DNA from: Lama glama
Lineage: Eukaryota
DNA: 64,000 nucleotides
NCBI GenBank assembly: GCA_028534125.1
Contig: CM052818.1
Location: forward strand, 6,760,001 to 6,824,000
Reading direction: 5' to 3'
The notes beneath the pieces were generated by a model. The model was given only the letters and a program-made list of their open reading frames with translations. It did no database searches and was not told the origin of the DNA. The position numbers were made by a program, and so were the translations under genes. Below, in pieces: positions 26,966 through 63,993 of the stretch. Position 1 is the first letter of the stretch; the number at the start of each line of letters is the position of its first letter.

Positions 26966-27604
26966 CCACCCCCTTGCTCTTGTGCAATGTGACCTTGTCC
27001 CTCCCTCATCAAGAGATGGAATCTAGGGGAAGGGTGTAGCTCAGTGGTAGAGTGCATGTCTAGCATGCATGAGGTCCTGGGTTCAATCCCCAGTACCTCC
27101 ATCAAAAATAAATAAATAAATAAACAAACCTAATTACCCCTCCCCAAACAAACAAAGAAATGGAATCTATTTCTCCATCTCCTTAAGTCTGGGAAGGCCC
27201 TGTGACATCCCTGACCAATAGAAAATGGCAGAAGTAACACTGAGAAGTTCCAGTTATAGTCCTTTACTGGCCAAACAGCTTCTACTCCTGTCTCTGGTCT
27301 GGGCTGCTTTGTCTCATAATTCAGCCTTTATGTTGTGAGAAGCCCAGGCCACGTGGAGAAGCCTCAACTGTGTTCCTGACCCACTTTCAACATCATCTGC
27401 CAGCCAGTTAAGTGAGCCATCTTGGTTGTCTAACCCAGTTCAGCCCTCAAATGACTGAGGTCCTAGGTGACTTACAGCTGCAGTTGCATCAGAGACACCA
27501 AGCAAGAACTGATGATCTGAACCCAGTCAACCCACAAACCACAAAAGATAATAATATATTGTTGTTTGGGGTAGCTTATTGCACAGCTGTAGAGAACTAG
27601 AACA
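26966..27604 (+). mobile_element. MaLR LTR (MLT1F/G/H-like), interrupted by a SINE, 5' end in the gap
   Basis: gcaatgtgacctt...atggaatctatttctcc...gaccaatagaaaatggcagaagt...gcacagctgtagagaactagaaca. Confidence 0.7.
27026..27154 (+). mobile_element. Vic-1-type SINE inserted in an MLT1 LTR
   Basis: Intact A and B boxes; 15-bp TSD aaga(g/a)atggaatcta at 27011-27025 and 27155-27169. Confidence 0.92.
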
Positions 27605-28639
27605 AAGAGACTCCTGAAATAAAGAATTTCACTTGACCGTGTAGTTCTAAACCCATCCTCCATTGCTTAGAATACTCAAAAAGAGGAAGCAGGTTTTACT
27701 TAGGCATTAGCATAGCATTTGGTACCTAGCAGACCTTTCTGAAGTATTTTTATGAATTAATGAATGATTGGATATAAAATGAGAATCACTGTAAAGCAGA
27801 GGTCTTAATCCCAGATTTTAAAAAATGTTGATTTGCTCACTCATAAATGGAACACTTGGGAATTACTCTCCTTCCTTAAGTTAAATTTGTCTGGCTTCTT
27901 GGGCATCACCAGATCTCCAGACCAGTATCAAGACAACCTATTTGATCACAAGTTTGAGTTCATGTGGGAGGATACTCTAGAACTGGTTTTGCTCTTGTTG
28001 GGCAACAGTTTGAATCAGATACTGTTGTGGTAGCCTGGCCTGGAGGCTCATTCGCCACACTTTTTAAGACTTTGAGAATGTTAGATCAAGATTCTGGAGA
28101 TACAATCTTCAGATCTAAGAGCATTCAGTGTTGTCTAAAAAAAAAAATTCATTCTGAAGCATAGCAGTGGACAGCAATCTCCTCCTCACCCCCTAGCCAG
28201 TTAACCTACCGTGTGCCTCTGTCCTCTCAATCCTTATGCTCCAGCCTTGCTGATCTTTCAGCAAGCCCTCAAATACCATATTCCTTCTCACCGCAGGACG
28301 TTTGCACATGCTGTCTCATTCTCCCACCCATACCTCTCCATTTCTTCATCTAGCCAAACTCTTCATTTTGCCTCAGTTCAAACACAAGTTCTTCAAATAT
28401 ACTTTCTCTGACCTCTGCAGAGTAGATGAGGTGCCCCAAATACATGCTCCCATTAGCACCTTATATTTGTCCATCACAACATATTTTGCAATTATAATTA
28501 TATATCCTTAATTCTGTAATTATTTCTCCTAACGTGCTTATTTTTCACATGCTTATAAGACCATCACATAGCTTACTCTATACATTAACATAACTTTAAT
28601 ATTCTCCTGCTGTCCTCAACATAATTTTACTATTTCAGC

Positions 28640-29045
28640 AAACTCTTGACTGGGAAAATAAAAGTTACAAATGACTTTATTGTTGATTCCAGGACTTTCT
28701 TGAAAGACTCATCAACTCTTCAGATTAAAGCATCAAATGACAATTTATACTCCAAGACTCTTTGAGCCCATTGCCTCAATTTCTGAGTCTATCAATCCTA
28801 AAATATTTTTTCATGATCTCTACCCAGTGCTAACCAAGACCTCTTTCTCCTCTCAGTGAAAGACCCACCTTAAATTAGACTTTTAAAATTCAATAAATAG
28901 CCCGATTTCCCCTTATATCTGTAAGATGCTACAAAGGCTGTCTATGTAGTGCTCTCCCTTACTTTGGTAAGCTATTAAACTGAGTTTTGTCATAGTAACT
29001 CGTTGCCTTGGTGATATTTTGGGGGAGGCATTTTTGATGCTAACA
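28640..29045 (+). mobile_element. Old ERV1 LTR fragment (MER110/MER90-like)
   Basis: 3' end gtaagctattaaactgagttttgtc...ttggtgatattttgggggaggc resembles these LTRs. Confidence 0.4.
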
Positions 29046-29651
29046 ACCGATCAATGTGCATGTTTAATGTGATTTTTTTTCCTTGAAAAGCTTTTATTAA
29101 ATCCATGGTGGAAATCAGTCATGCCTTAGCTTTGAGGAAATGCAGTAGCTGATTGATAAATCTCTCATGAGAATTTTCATTCTTCATAAGGGTATAGACC
29201 TGGTCAGTTTTGTTCATTGGTTTATCTCTGTGTCAGAGCAGAACAGGTGCTTCATATATTAAATAAATGAGTGGATCACAGAGTAGATGACAGAAGAAGA
29301 TGGATTTCATGGTGTGCAAGGGCAGCTCTTACTGATAAGACTTCCTGGCTGAGACTCCTGTGGCAAAGTGACTCAGAAATGATAACTCCACTTTCTCACC
29401 CTTTCACTGTAACCCAATTCCAGAAAACATCATACAACCATACAGGGTTTTACATGGAACTCTGATAGTGACCTCATTTGTCCTATAGCTGCTTATCTGC
29501 TAGATCATGATTCTGATCTGCCCAGATGACTTCTGTAATATCACCATTAGGTAAAACAGAGGTTGTCCATAAAGATTGCCATTGTTTGAGAAGTGAGTGA
29601 AAATGAGGTCCTCATACGTAATATGTCAGGGTGGCTTGACTGATTGAAGAA

Positions 29652-30229
29652 TGAAGGGGAGCAGAATATGCCACCTCAAAATATGCCACTTTGGGATGTG
29701 GGTTTTCAGCTGAAGGCAATTGAGAAGACGCAGATACAAGAAAACGTCTCTGCCCTCCCGTATTTGCCTAAAAGCAGGACATATATTTGTAAAGATGTGC
29801 CCCTCTCTCCTCTCTGTTTAGAAGGGCAGAAGTTAATCATCAGAGACAACTCTAGACCCTTATCAGCCCAGAGATGACACCAGAGGAATCTCCATAACAA
29901 ACCTTACTCACTAGACTTTATCCTCCATTAATTCCCCCATATATATACACCTTCCCACAATTTCCACTGCTAGAAACTCAAAGCCCTTTTCCTTCCTCTT
30001 GTCATGTCTCTAAAAATTCATTATTCTTTTGTGAAAATGCTTCATAAACCCGTTCTAACCACCCCTGTGAGTTACTCATTTCTGTGTGCTCCCATGTGTA
30101 CACAGAACATACACGTTAACAAACTTCTATTTGTTTTCTTCTGTTAATCTTTCATCAGTTTAACTTACAGGGAACTAGCCAATGAACCTAAAATGAGTAG
30201 AGGAAACAGATTTGTTTTTCCTCCTGTGA
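29652..30229 (+). mobile_element. ERV1-class solo LTR (MER34-like)
   Basis: tgaaggggagcagaatatgccacctcaaaatatgccactttgg...aacaaacttctatttgttttcttctgttaatct...aatgaacctaaaatgagtagagg. Confidence 0.75.
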
Positions 30230-30356
30230 GAGCATCAGCTATGATCCTGAGCAGGAGGTGATGGTGCTGTGCCCATCAGTGATGCCATGGCCATAATCAG
30301 AGCCATTATGGAGATCTGTCAGTCAATGGTGTGGTCAACAGAAGCTTATCACTGTT

Positions 30357-30375
30357 TTATATATATATATATATT

Positions 30376-30428
<53 letters not shown>

Positions 30429-30432
30429 ATAT
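30357..30432. repeat. Compound (TA)n(TG)n(TA)n microsatellite
   Basis: Directly visible dinucleotide runs. Confidence 0.95.
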
Positions 30433-31974
30433 CTCAGAAGTGATCAGAGGACCATGACTTGCTTTTCTATAGAGATAATTTAGAAATTTCACTCACTATG
30501 CATTTACTCAGCACTGAAAACAGCTTAGGCACTGTGTACAGTGATTGGAGAGAGATGAATATTTTTTTAAAAGGCACATTGAAAGCCTTTGTCCTGAATA
30601 TATTCCCTGATGGAGAAAAATGATCAACACCTCTGTGTTCAATAGAATTGACCATTTGTTAAAATATTTGTTGTTGATGTTACAAATGAGTCAGACACTA
30701 GATATTTATAGATGATCTATTATGGCTGAGACCTGGAGACACAAAGAAGTTTACAATCCTCAAGAAGCACACACGGAAGGGTAACTAACAAAATTCCCAG
30801 GCCAACAGAGTTGTGAGGGGCTCAGTGGTGTTGGTGGTGGAAGTTCAGAAGAGAGAGGGATTATTTCCCACTGGGTGGGCAAGAGGGATTTCATGGAGAG
30901 AAAGGGAATTTAAACTGCATCTTTAGAATGGGCAAGACTTGGAGGAATGAGGAAAGGAGGTGTAGCTCAGAGTGAGATACCAGGGAGGGAGACAAGGGCA
31001 GAGGGAGTTGACATTTTTGAGGTTTCCCCAGGGCAGGCACTTTCACAAACATGGCCTTCATTTAATTATCCTCCAAAATGTAGAGGACAGTGATGGCAAT
31101 GTGGTCTCTGCTCCCAAGGACACAAGCATTACACTTAAAGCAATTATAAAACAATAGAAGGTATTAGGGAAAAAATACTGGACTGAATATAATCAAACGT
31201 GGTTCAGCTCTCGTTTGCTGGGAGAGATTAGGTCTCAGTAACTGAACCAAAAGCCCACCTGATTGAGATCAGGTAGGTGCCTGAGAGCTAGGGACAGTCA
31301 GGCTGCTGGAGGTATGTTCTATTGGAGGTCCAGGTTAACTAGCTGAGCCCTTTGTCCCCTGGGCCTGGGGTGTCTGAAATGGTTTTGAGACCTTTTTAGG
31401 GAATTTTCAATCTGATTTTATTTGACATTTTATTTTGTGGCCTGCCCTGCTGATGCTAAACACTGTGGTGGCCTTGGTGGCACCCTGACCTCATAAAATT
31501 TTGCAAACTGTAGACAACTCCACAGGAGGTGGAAGTCAGGGAACTAGGCGTTCAGACAGTGTTCTTTTCAGAGGGTTGAAGGCCTGGAGGTTGGTATCTA
31601 TGGCAGCCAGAGTATGTGTAGCCAGTCCCTTCCTTTGCCCTTTCTTCCTGCTGACCATCCTGGAGGGGATGGAGTTTCTTATCTGTTAGGCTTCAACGCA
31701 TTGTTCCTGTCTCTGGGAAGATGGACTGAGCTTTATTTGTTTTATTTGAGGATAAAGTAAAAAGATTTAAGCAATCTTAGAGCTTACTAATAGGCCAATG
31801 CTTTCCTGAGGACCCAATCAATGAATATGTTGGATGTTTATTAGGTATAAGGACCTGTGCTCAGTGCCGTTGGGAAGGGATACAGCTTGTAGGTGTGATC
31901 CCTGCCCTTGTGGAGCTCACAGTCTAGCTAGAAAAATAAGAGATATACATAAAATATTACAACTAATGGTACAT

Positions 31975-32168
31975 AGTGCTGCCTGGTAGAACTTTCCACA
32001 ATGATGGAAATATTCTATAATGTGCATTGTCTAATACAGTAGGCACTAGCCACATGTGGCTGTTGCAATGTGGATAGTGCAACTGAGGAATTGAATTGAA
32101 TTTGTAACTTAATTTTTGAGTATTTTAAGTAGCCATCTATGGATCATGGCTTCTGAATTGGGCAGCTT
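31975..32168. mobile_element. MER3-like hAT-Charlie DNA transposon
   Basis: tagaactttccacaatgatggaaatattcta...cactagccacatgtggct...gcaactgaggaattgaatt. Confidence 0.75.
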
Positions 32169-32589
32169 TGTATGAGGCATTACGTGAGTGCTTAAAAAAA
32201 AAAATGAGCTGAGGTAAACGCGAAGATGAAGATCGCTCACTTCAGGTGGATGTGGACAGGGATGGCTTCCAGGAAGAGGTGTGATTATAGGTGGGTTCTA
32301 GGAATATGTAGGATTCTGATAGCAGAATGAGTGGAAGGCGGTACTAGCTTCTGGGAATTTTCAGAGCACTGCTGGGGGTACTGGAGAGTAAAAATGGAAC
32401 AGAGTAGAGTCCTCTTCTGGTTTCATCTCATCTCTTGTGTTAAAAAGATGGTTGGGTTTGATGAGGCAATTCTCTCTTTTTGGTGCCGTCAGACACTTCT
32501 TTTCCAGGGGACTCAGCAAATAAACTTAAGGGCAATGGGAAGAGCGCTAGAATGGGAGTTGGCACTGATGGGTTCTACTCCTCCTGTGT

Positions 32590-33028
32590 CATTAACATTT
32601 CTCTACACTAATAATGAAATATCAGAAAGAGAAAGTAAAAAAAAAATTCCATTTATAACCACATCAAAACAAAACAAAAACAAACCTGGGAATAACTGAC
32701 CAAGGAGGTGAAAGACTCTGAAAACTAAAAACACTGATGAAGGAAACTGAAGATGATTCAAAGAAATGGAAAGATATCCTGTGCTCTTGGATTGGAAGAC
32801 TTGTGGTTATCAAAAGGGAAAGGGGAGGAGGGGAGGAGAAAATTAGGGTTGTGGGATTAACAGATACAAACATATCTATGTATAAAATAGGTAAGCAACA
32901 GAATATACTGTGCAGCACAGGGAGCTATACCCATTATCTTGTAATAACCTATAATGGAATATAATCTGCAAAAATACTGAATTGGTATGTTTTACACCTG
33001 AAACTAAGACAATATTATAAATCAGCTA
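32590..33028 (+). mobile_element. L1 with an ORF2 segment joined directly to the 3'UTR
   Basis: FLYTNNEISERE..IPF and MKETEDDSKKWKDILCSWIGR (ORF2) followed immediately by cttgtggttatcaaaaggg...gcagcacagggagctatac (3'UTR). Confidence 0.8.
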
Positions 33029-33120
33029 GGGGGTGCTTATAGCTCAGTGGTAAAATAAAGCACATGCTTAGCATGCAGGAGGTCCTGGGTTCAGTCCCCA
33101 GTATCTCCATTAAGAAAAAA
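33029..33120 (+). mobile_element. Vic-1-type SINE (short form) directly after an L1 3' end
   Basis: tatagctcagtggta...gcatgcaggaggtcctgggttcagtccccagtatctcc, A tail. Confidence 0.85.
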
Positions 33121-33138
33121 GATAACAACAACACAATT

Positions 33139-33478
33139 TGAGAGGCAAAAGCAGAGTAAAGGTAGCTACCTGCCCCCAGGAAGTCACAGCCTGTTAGAAG
33201 TCACAGAAGACAAAACTATTTAATAAACAAACAAACAATTAAAAAAAAGTTAGTCTTCCGGACAAGTGCCAATTAACAAAGCCAGATGGTCTAGTCACAC
33301 GAACCAACCCCCTTCACACCCCTCAAGTCCTTTTCCTTAGCACAGTTCAGCTTTCAAAAAGCCTATCTTTTGTTTCAGCAACTGTTGAGTTTAGCTCCCA
33401 CTGGGCCCTTTTTAGTTATTACTGAATGAAGTCTATCCTACCACTTTAACTAGTGTCTGGTTTGGTCTATCTCTGGCA
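33139..33478 (+). mobile_element. Possible old LTR fragment
   Basis: 3' end gaatgaagtctatccctaccactttaactagtgtctggtttggtctatctctggca resembles an LTR R/U5 end. Confidence 0.35.
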
Positions 33479-36400
33479 GTATTCTGTTTTTTGTGCTGAT
33501 TCAGGAAGAGGACAATTTCTGGTAGTTCCAGTCCTGCCACAGCAACACAGCTTTAGCTCTGACTTCGAACCACATAGCACTGCCTGTCTTCCTCCTCCCC
33601 TTCCCCTCTTCTCTGACTTGGATGGGGCCTTGTTCCTAGGCTGGCAGGTAAACTGGGTATTTCTGGGGCACTTTTAGCCCCTCCCTTCCCTTCACACCTT
33701 CAGATTCTCTCTCTCCCTCTCTGGAACCGCCCCTCCTCTCCATTCTAGGTGCAACTCCCCTAGGTCAGAACACATCATTTCTTGCCTAAATGAATCTAAT
33801 TACCTTTTAACTAATCTCCCTACTTCCAGTCTCCTCAGAACTCCAAAGTGCTCCTTTTAGCATACTGAGCTGATCACCTCACTTTCCTTGGAAACTTCCG
33901 CGGCTCCCTACTGCCTAGGGAATAAAGTTGAATCTCCTTAGCAGGTATGTGGAGCGCCATATTATCTCACCTTAACCTAAATGTCTCCCACCTCATTTCC
34001 CGTGGAACCTGTGATCACCATTCCTTAAACACATGTGTATCTGCACATTTCTAGGGTTGTGCTTACATTCTTCTGTCATTCTGGGACAAATGGCTCCCTC
34101 GCCCCCATTTCTGCCAATGATCAAAATTTTATTCTTTTTTCAAGGCCTAATTCAAATACATTCTCCTTCGTGGAAGCATTCCCAGCAGTTTGAGTTGGAA
34201 TTCCCTCCTCTGTACTTCCACCTCATATCACTTTTTGAAGGTCAGGTTCATAACTGAGGTATAACTTATATACTGTTAAATTAGCCTTTAGGTATATAGT
34301 TCTATGAGTTTTGACAAGCATATACAGTTGAGTAACTAACCATCACAGTGAAGAAATAGAGTATTTCCATCAAACCCGAAAGTTCCTTTGCAGACAATGC
34401 CCTCCTTCCATTCCTAGTTCCTGGCAATAACTGATCTGATTTCTGTCCCTATATATCTCATTTAAATTTATTTTTTTCATTTTCCCTCTAGACTTTGTTT
34501 GCGTACACATCTTTCTCTCACTGGGTTGTTACTTTGCAGACAGAGAGTTGTAATCATTCACTTTTCTATTCCTTATGGCTCCAAGCACAAGTCCCAAACA
34601 CATTTATTACATGCCAGCTCATAAATATTTAATAAAAGAAAAAGAGAAGAAGGAAAAAGAAGGAAGGAAGGGAGGAAGGAAAGAAAAGAATGAGCCAAAG
34701 AACAAATGGACAAAGGGCCCTAGGAGAGTTCTGATTCGACAATAGAGAAACCAACAGGGCTCATCTTAGTTGAATGAGTTATTCTGAGTTATTCATCTGA
34801 ACTATAAAAGTAGCTACTCTTAAACACCTAATACAAAATATATTAAAGTATGAATCAGCAAAACTGATTTTTTGTAAGGAAATCTTAATGTAAGTGACAT
34901 GTAAAGTGTATTGGGGGGTGGGAAACAACCACCCACCAATCCCAAGTTAAGTTGCTTCTGATCTCCTGGCATATTACAACACCACAACTATGATATGAGG
35001 CATTCTGTCCTTGGTATACAGCAGGGACACTTAAAACTCAGGGAGAAAGGTAATTACTATTTACCAAGTGCTTCCAAAGTCATTACACTCTGTTTCATGT
35101 TTTATTTAATTCTCACAACTACTGTATCACTTAGGTGAAAAATTATTAGTTATTCGTTAGGAAAGGAAATAAATAATTATAGGAAGTATAGAGGTATACC
35201 TCTAATAGGAGAAACAGGTTTAAAATCTTTAACTCAGGATGAATTCTTCAGAGATTTTTCCTAGTTTTTCTTCTGTGAAATCATAATAAGCAGGAAGGGG
35301 CAAGAGTCCAGGTAATAAACACTTTTAGATGTCCATCATTGATCCATTCAGGGTAATTCTGATATGATAGCTATGTTCATTTCTGAAGCCAACACGATGA
35401 GAAGGAATTCTAGTGTACTGTTTGATGAGGTTGTCAACTAAGGCACATGCAGGAGTTTGTGCTTTAAGTGCTGTAGTCAGTAAAGGGTACATATTTTGGT
35501 GTCACAGAAATTTAAAGTGATTTTGCAATCAGTCTTTGGAGATAATTTTCCTGTTTCTTAGAACAAGTTGGAAGATAAACTTTGGACAATGTATTAAACT
35601 ATGCCCTTTGTAATTAAGGAACCCAAGATAATGTGTTAAAGTTTAGCGGAGATTTAAATTCCTGAGCTGATTAAAGAGAGCTGTTAAGACCATAAGGTTT
35701 GGAATAAAAAATTCTATTGTTGATATTATTCCTGGAGTTTTCAGGCATCATATAGTGATGATTTGCACTATCGCTTATTATTTTTCAATCTTGTAGAATG
35801 GCTCAGAATTAAATAACAACTAAAAATAAGTACAATTCAACCTGAAAGACTGGAACCAGGGCAAGATGATCAGGAATTTTTGTCTGGCTCCGGGCTATGT
35901 CCCGTTCATGCAATGTGGAGGCACTGAAAGGCGTAGGGGTAGTAGATGGAAATGTTGTTTCAGGAAGATGTCTAGCTGTTGATGCAAATTGTCTAGGGCA
36001 AAGAAGAGACAGAAGCAGATTAGATCCCTTAGAGGCTGCGGCAATATCCAGGCTGAGGCGATCAGAGCAGGGCTGGAAAAGTAATGGTAAGAAAGCAAAA
36101 AAGAAAATGGCAGTGCCTGCGGCCAACACTGGACGATGACCAGACCCAGTGGTGTTGGGTGAGTGAGGAAGAGAACTGAAAGAACGGTTTCATGTTTTCC
36201 AGAGACACAAAGTTTTCCGCAGAGGCCCCATGACTATTCTTCCATCCTTCGAGCGGACGTCCTGGGAATGAACCGGGAAGCTCGCCTCAAGTTGGTCAGG
36301 CCAGCAAAAGGCGCACAGGAGGCAGGACCGGCCAGGAGTGTCCTCCAGCACCCTCGTCCCTCCGCCTTGACACTCAGGCGGTCCCTCCGGATCCGACCTC

Positions 36401-36554
36401 TCTCTTCATCCCTCCGGGTCCCCAGGTCCCCATCCCCCGCTTCAGCCAGCGGCCGGCACCGCCCTCTGTCCCTCCCCTCCCCCTCCCCCTTGGGGCGCTG
36501 ACTCGCCGGGCTGCCACGTCTCACTGATGACATCACCAGGGAGCTCGGTCTTAG

Positions 36555-36559
36555 CCAAT
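36555..36559 (+). promoter_or_regulatory. CCAAT box (NF-Y-like, TAGCCAATC)
   Basis: ttAGCCAATCc upstream of exon 1 within the CpG island. Confidence 0.6.
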
Positions 36560-36619
36560 CCGCTAGGGGGAGTCCGAGCGAAGTCCTAGCCAACGAGTCA
36601 GCGGGGTGGGGAGCGGGGA

Positions 36620-36627
36620 GGGGCGGA
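36620..36627 (+). promoter_or_regulatory. GC box (Sp/KLF)
   Basis: GGGGCGGA within a G-rich tract. Confidence 0.5.
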
Positions 36628-36865
36628 CCGGGGGGGGTGGTGAGAGAGGGGGGAATGGGTCGGGCGACAATCCCTCAAGTACGCATGGGCCAGAGGCGCG
36701 GTGTTTGGCGGGAAGCTGAGTCCTGGCCGCCGCGTTGCATCGTCTGTCTCCAGCGCCCGCAGCCGCTTTCGCAACTCTCTTTCCCAGCATGCCAAGCGGT
36801 GCGGCCGCCCTTTGGGCTGTGTAAAGGCCCCTCGATCTAAGGCTTTCCTATTTCCTGGTTCGCCG

Positions 36866-36877
36866 GCGGCCATTTTG
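36866..36877 (-). promoter_or_regulatory. YY1 motif near or just downstream of the TSS
   Basis: GCGGCCATTTTG reads CAAAATGGCCGC on the minus strand, a close YY1 match typical of housekeeping 5'UTRs. Confidence 0.6.
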
Positions 36878-37069
36878 GGTGGAAGCGAAAGCTGAGTGGC
36901 GGCGGCTGCTGATTGTGTTCTAAGGGGACGGAGTCGGGGAAGACGTTTGCTCTCCCGGAACAGCCTATCTCATTCCTCTCCTTCGACTACCCGTGGCGCG
37001 GAGAGTCAGGGCGGCGGCTGCAGCAGCAAGTGCGGCGGTGGCGGCGGCGGCGGCGGCAGCTGCAGTGAC

Positions 37070-62427
<25,358 letters not shown>

Positions 62428-63014
62428 AATTTGCCTCCGTCCTTTTCTCACAGCAATGAATTTGCAATCTGAACCCAAGTGAAAAAACAAAATTGCCTGA
62501 ATTGTACTGTATGTAGCTGCACTACAACAGATTCTTACCGTCTCCACAAAGGTCAGAGATTGTAAATGGTCAATACTGACTTTTTTTTTATTCCCTTGAC
62601 TCAAGACAGCTAACTTCATTTTCAGAACTGTTTTAAACCTTTGTGTGCTGGTTTATAAAATAATGTGTGTAATCCTTGTTGCTTTCCTGATACCAGACTG
62701 TTTCCCGTGGTTGGTTAGAATATATTTTGTTTTGATGTTTATATTGGCATGTTTAGATGTCAGGTTTAGTCTTCTGAAGATGAAGTTCAGCCATTTTGTA
62801 TCAAACAGCACAACCAGTGTCTGTCACTTTCCATGCATAAAGTTAGTGAGATGTTCTATGTAAGATCTGATTTGCTAGTTCTTCCTTGTAGAGTTATAAA
62901 CGGAAAGATTACACTATCTGATTAATAGTTTCTTCATACTCTGCATATAATTTGTGGCTGCAGAATATTGTAATTTGTTGCACACTATGTAACAAAACAA
63001 CCGAAGATATGTTT

Positions 63015-63020
63015 AATAAA
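63015..63020 (+). terminator. Proximal polyadenylation signal of RAB1A
   Basis: AATAAA with upstream TGTA elements (~62969, ~62988) and downstream GT/T-rich sequence (gtatggtgataagtattgttttaatt). Confidence 0.7.
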
Positions 63021-63987
63021 TATTGTACTTATTGGAAGTAATATCAAACTGTATGGTGATAAGTATTGTTTTAATTCTTATGGCTAAAGGGAAATAGAGC
63101 CTTGCATTATACTCAAAACAGCCATTTGTGTGTGCAACCAGGGCACTGTAGACCTATCTTAGAGCAGCATCCAATATGCTTTCCAGATAATATACCCAAT
63201 AAATGACCTAGGGAGGCTTCTGTGCTGTATAGGGATTTAACCAAGCTTAGTGGTTCAGGGAGATTACATAAATTGTATGAAAATAAGTTTAGAATGTATG
63301 CAGTCTAGCTTATTATCTCTGATCCTTCGCTAAAACCATTGGAAATGGCTTCGTTGATCAACATTTTGCTAATTCTTCTGTGACAGAGGTGGAAAGCGGC
63401 ACACCTTTCTTAACTGGCAGATGATTAGACTGACAGGTGTGCTAGTACTGTTTCTTCCATGCCTGGAGTCAGATGTCAGCCATCCTCCACAACTATGTAA
63501 CTTAGGTTGGAGGAGAGTTAAGGCATTGAAGTAGCAGAAAATGAACTATTTGCCCTAATTTTAGAAATTATATCCCTTTAAATTAGCTGAAAACACAAAT
63601 GCTGGGTGGGAATGATAAATGAGAGAAATATATTTATTTCAGTGGAATTTTGCACATGTGAAATTTTGTTAACTAGGACCTTAACGATCCTAGGGTTGGT
63701 TTTTATTGTGGGGAACAAAAATCTTTTGCTAGCACTGGCATTTTAAGGTAATAGAAGTCAAAGATTGTTTCCTTGGGGTTGAAGTAGCAGCCAAAACATT
63801 CTTTACTTAGGGGCTTGGGATGTGGCTGTTGGCAACACATTTTATGGTGGGGGTCTTTAATTCAGTGATAAAATTTAAACTAAAAACAAGCCAAAAATTA
63901 TAGGTTTCTTTATTTTCACTAAACAGGCAATTGAAATACATGGTACAAAAATAAGTGGTTAAGATTATTGTAAAATGAAATGGACAG

Positions 63988-63993
63988 AATAAA
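63988..63993 (+). terminator. Candidate distal polyadenylation signal
   Basis: AATAAA at the window edge; downstream element not visible. Confidence 0.4.

Noticed and set aside
27026..27100. tRNA-like sequences with A and B boxes (also at 9921, 18200, 21845, 33029, 54888)
   Set aside because: SINE heads: diverged, followed by A-rich tails, one with a clear TSD; not functional tRNA genes.
26348..27105. Four long ORFs (177-224 aa) in the track
   Set aside because: Artefacts of reading through the 500-N assembly gap.
32331..32964. ORFs with L1 ORF2-like peptide stretches
   Set aside because: Short frameshifted L1 remnants, not a host gene or intact retroelement.
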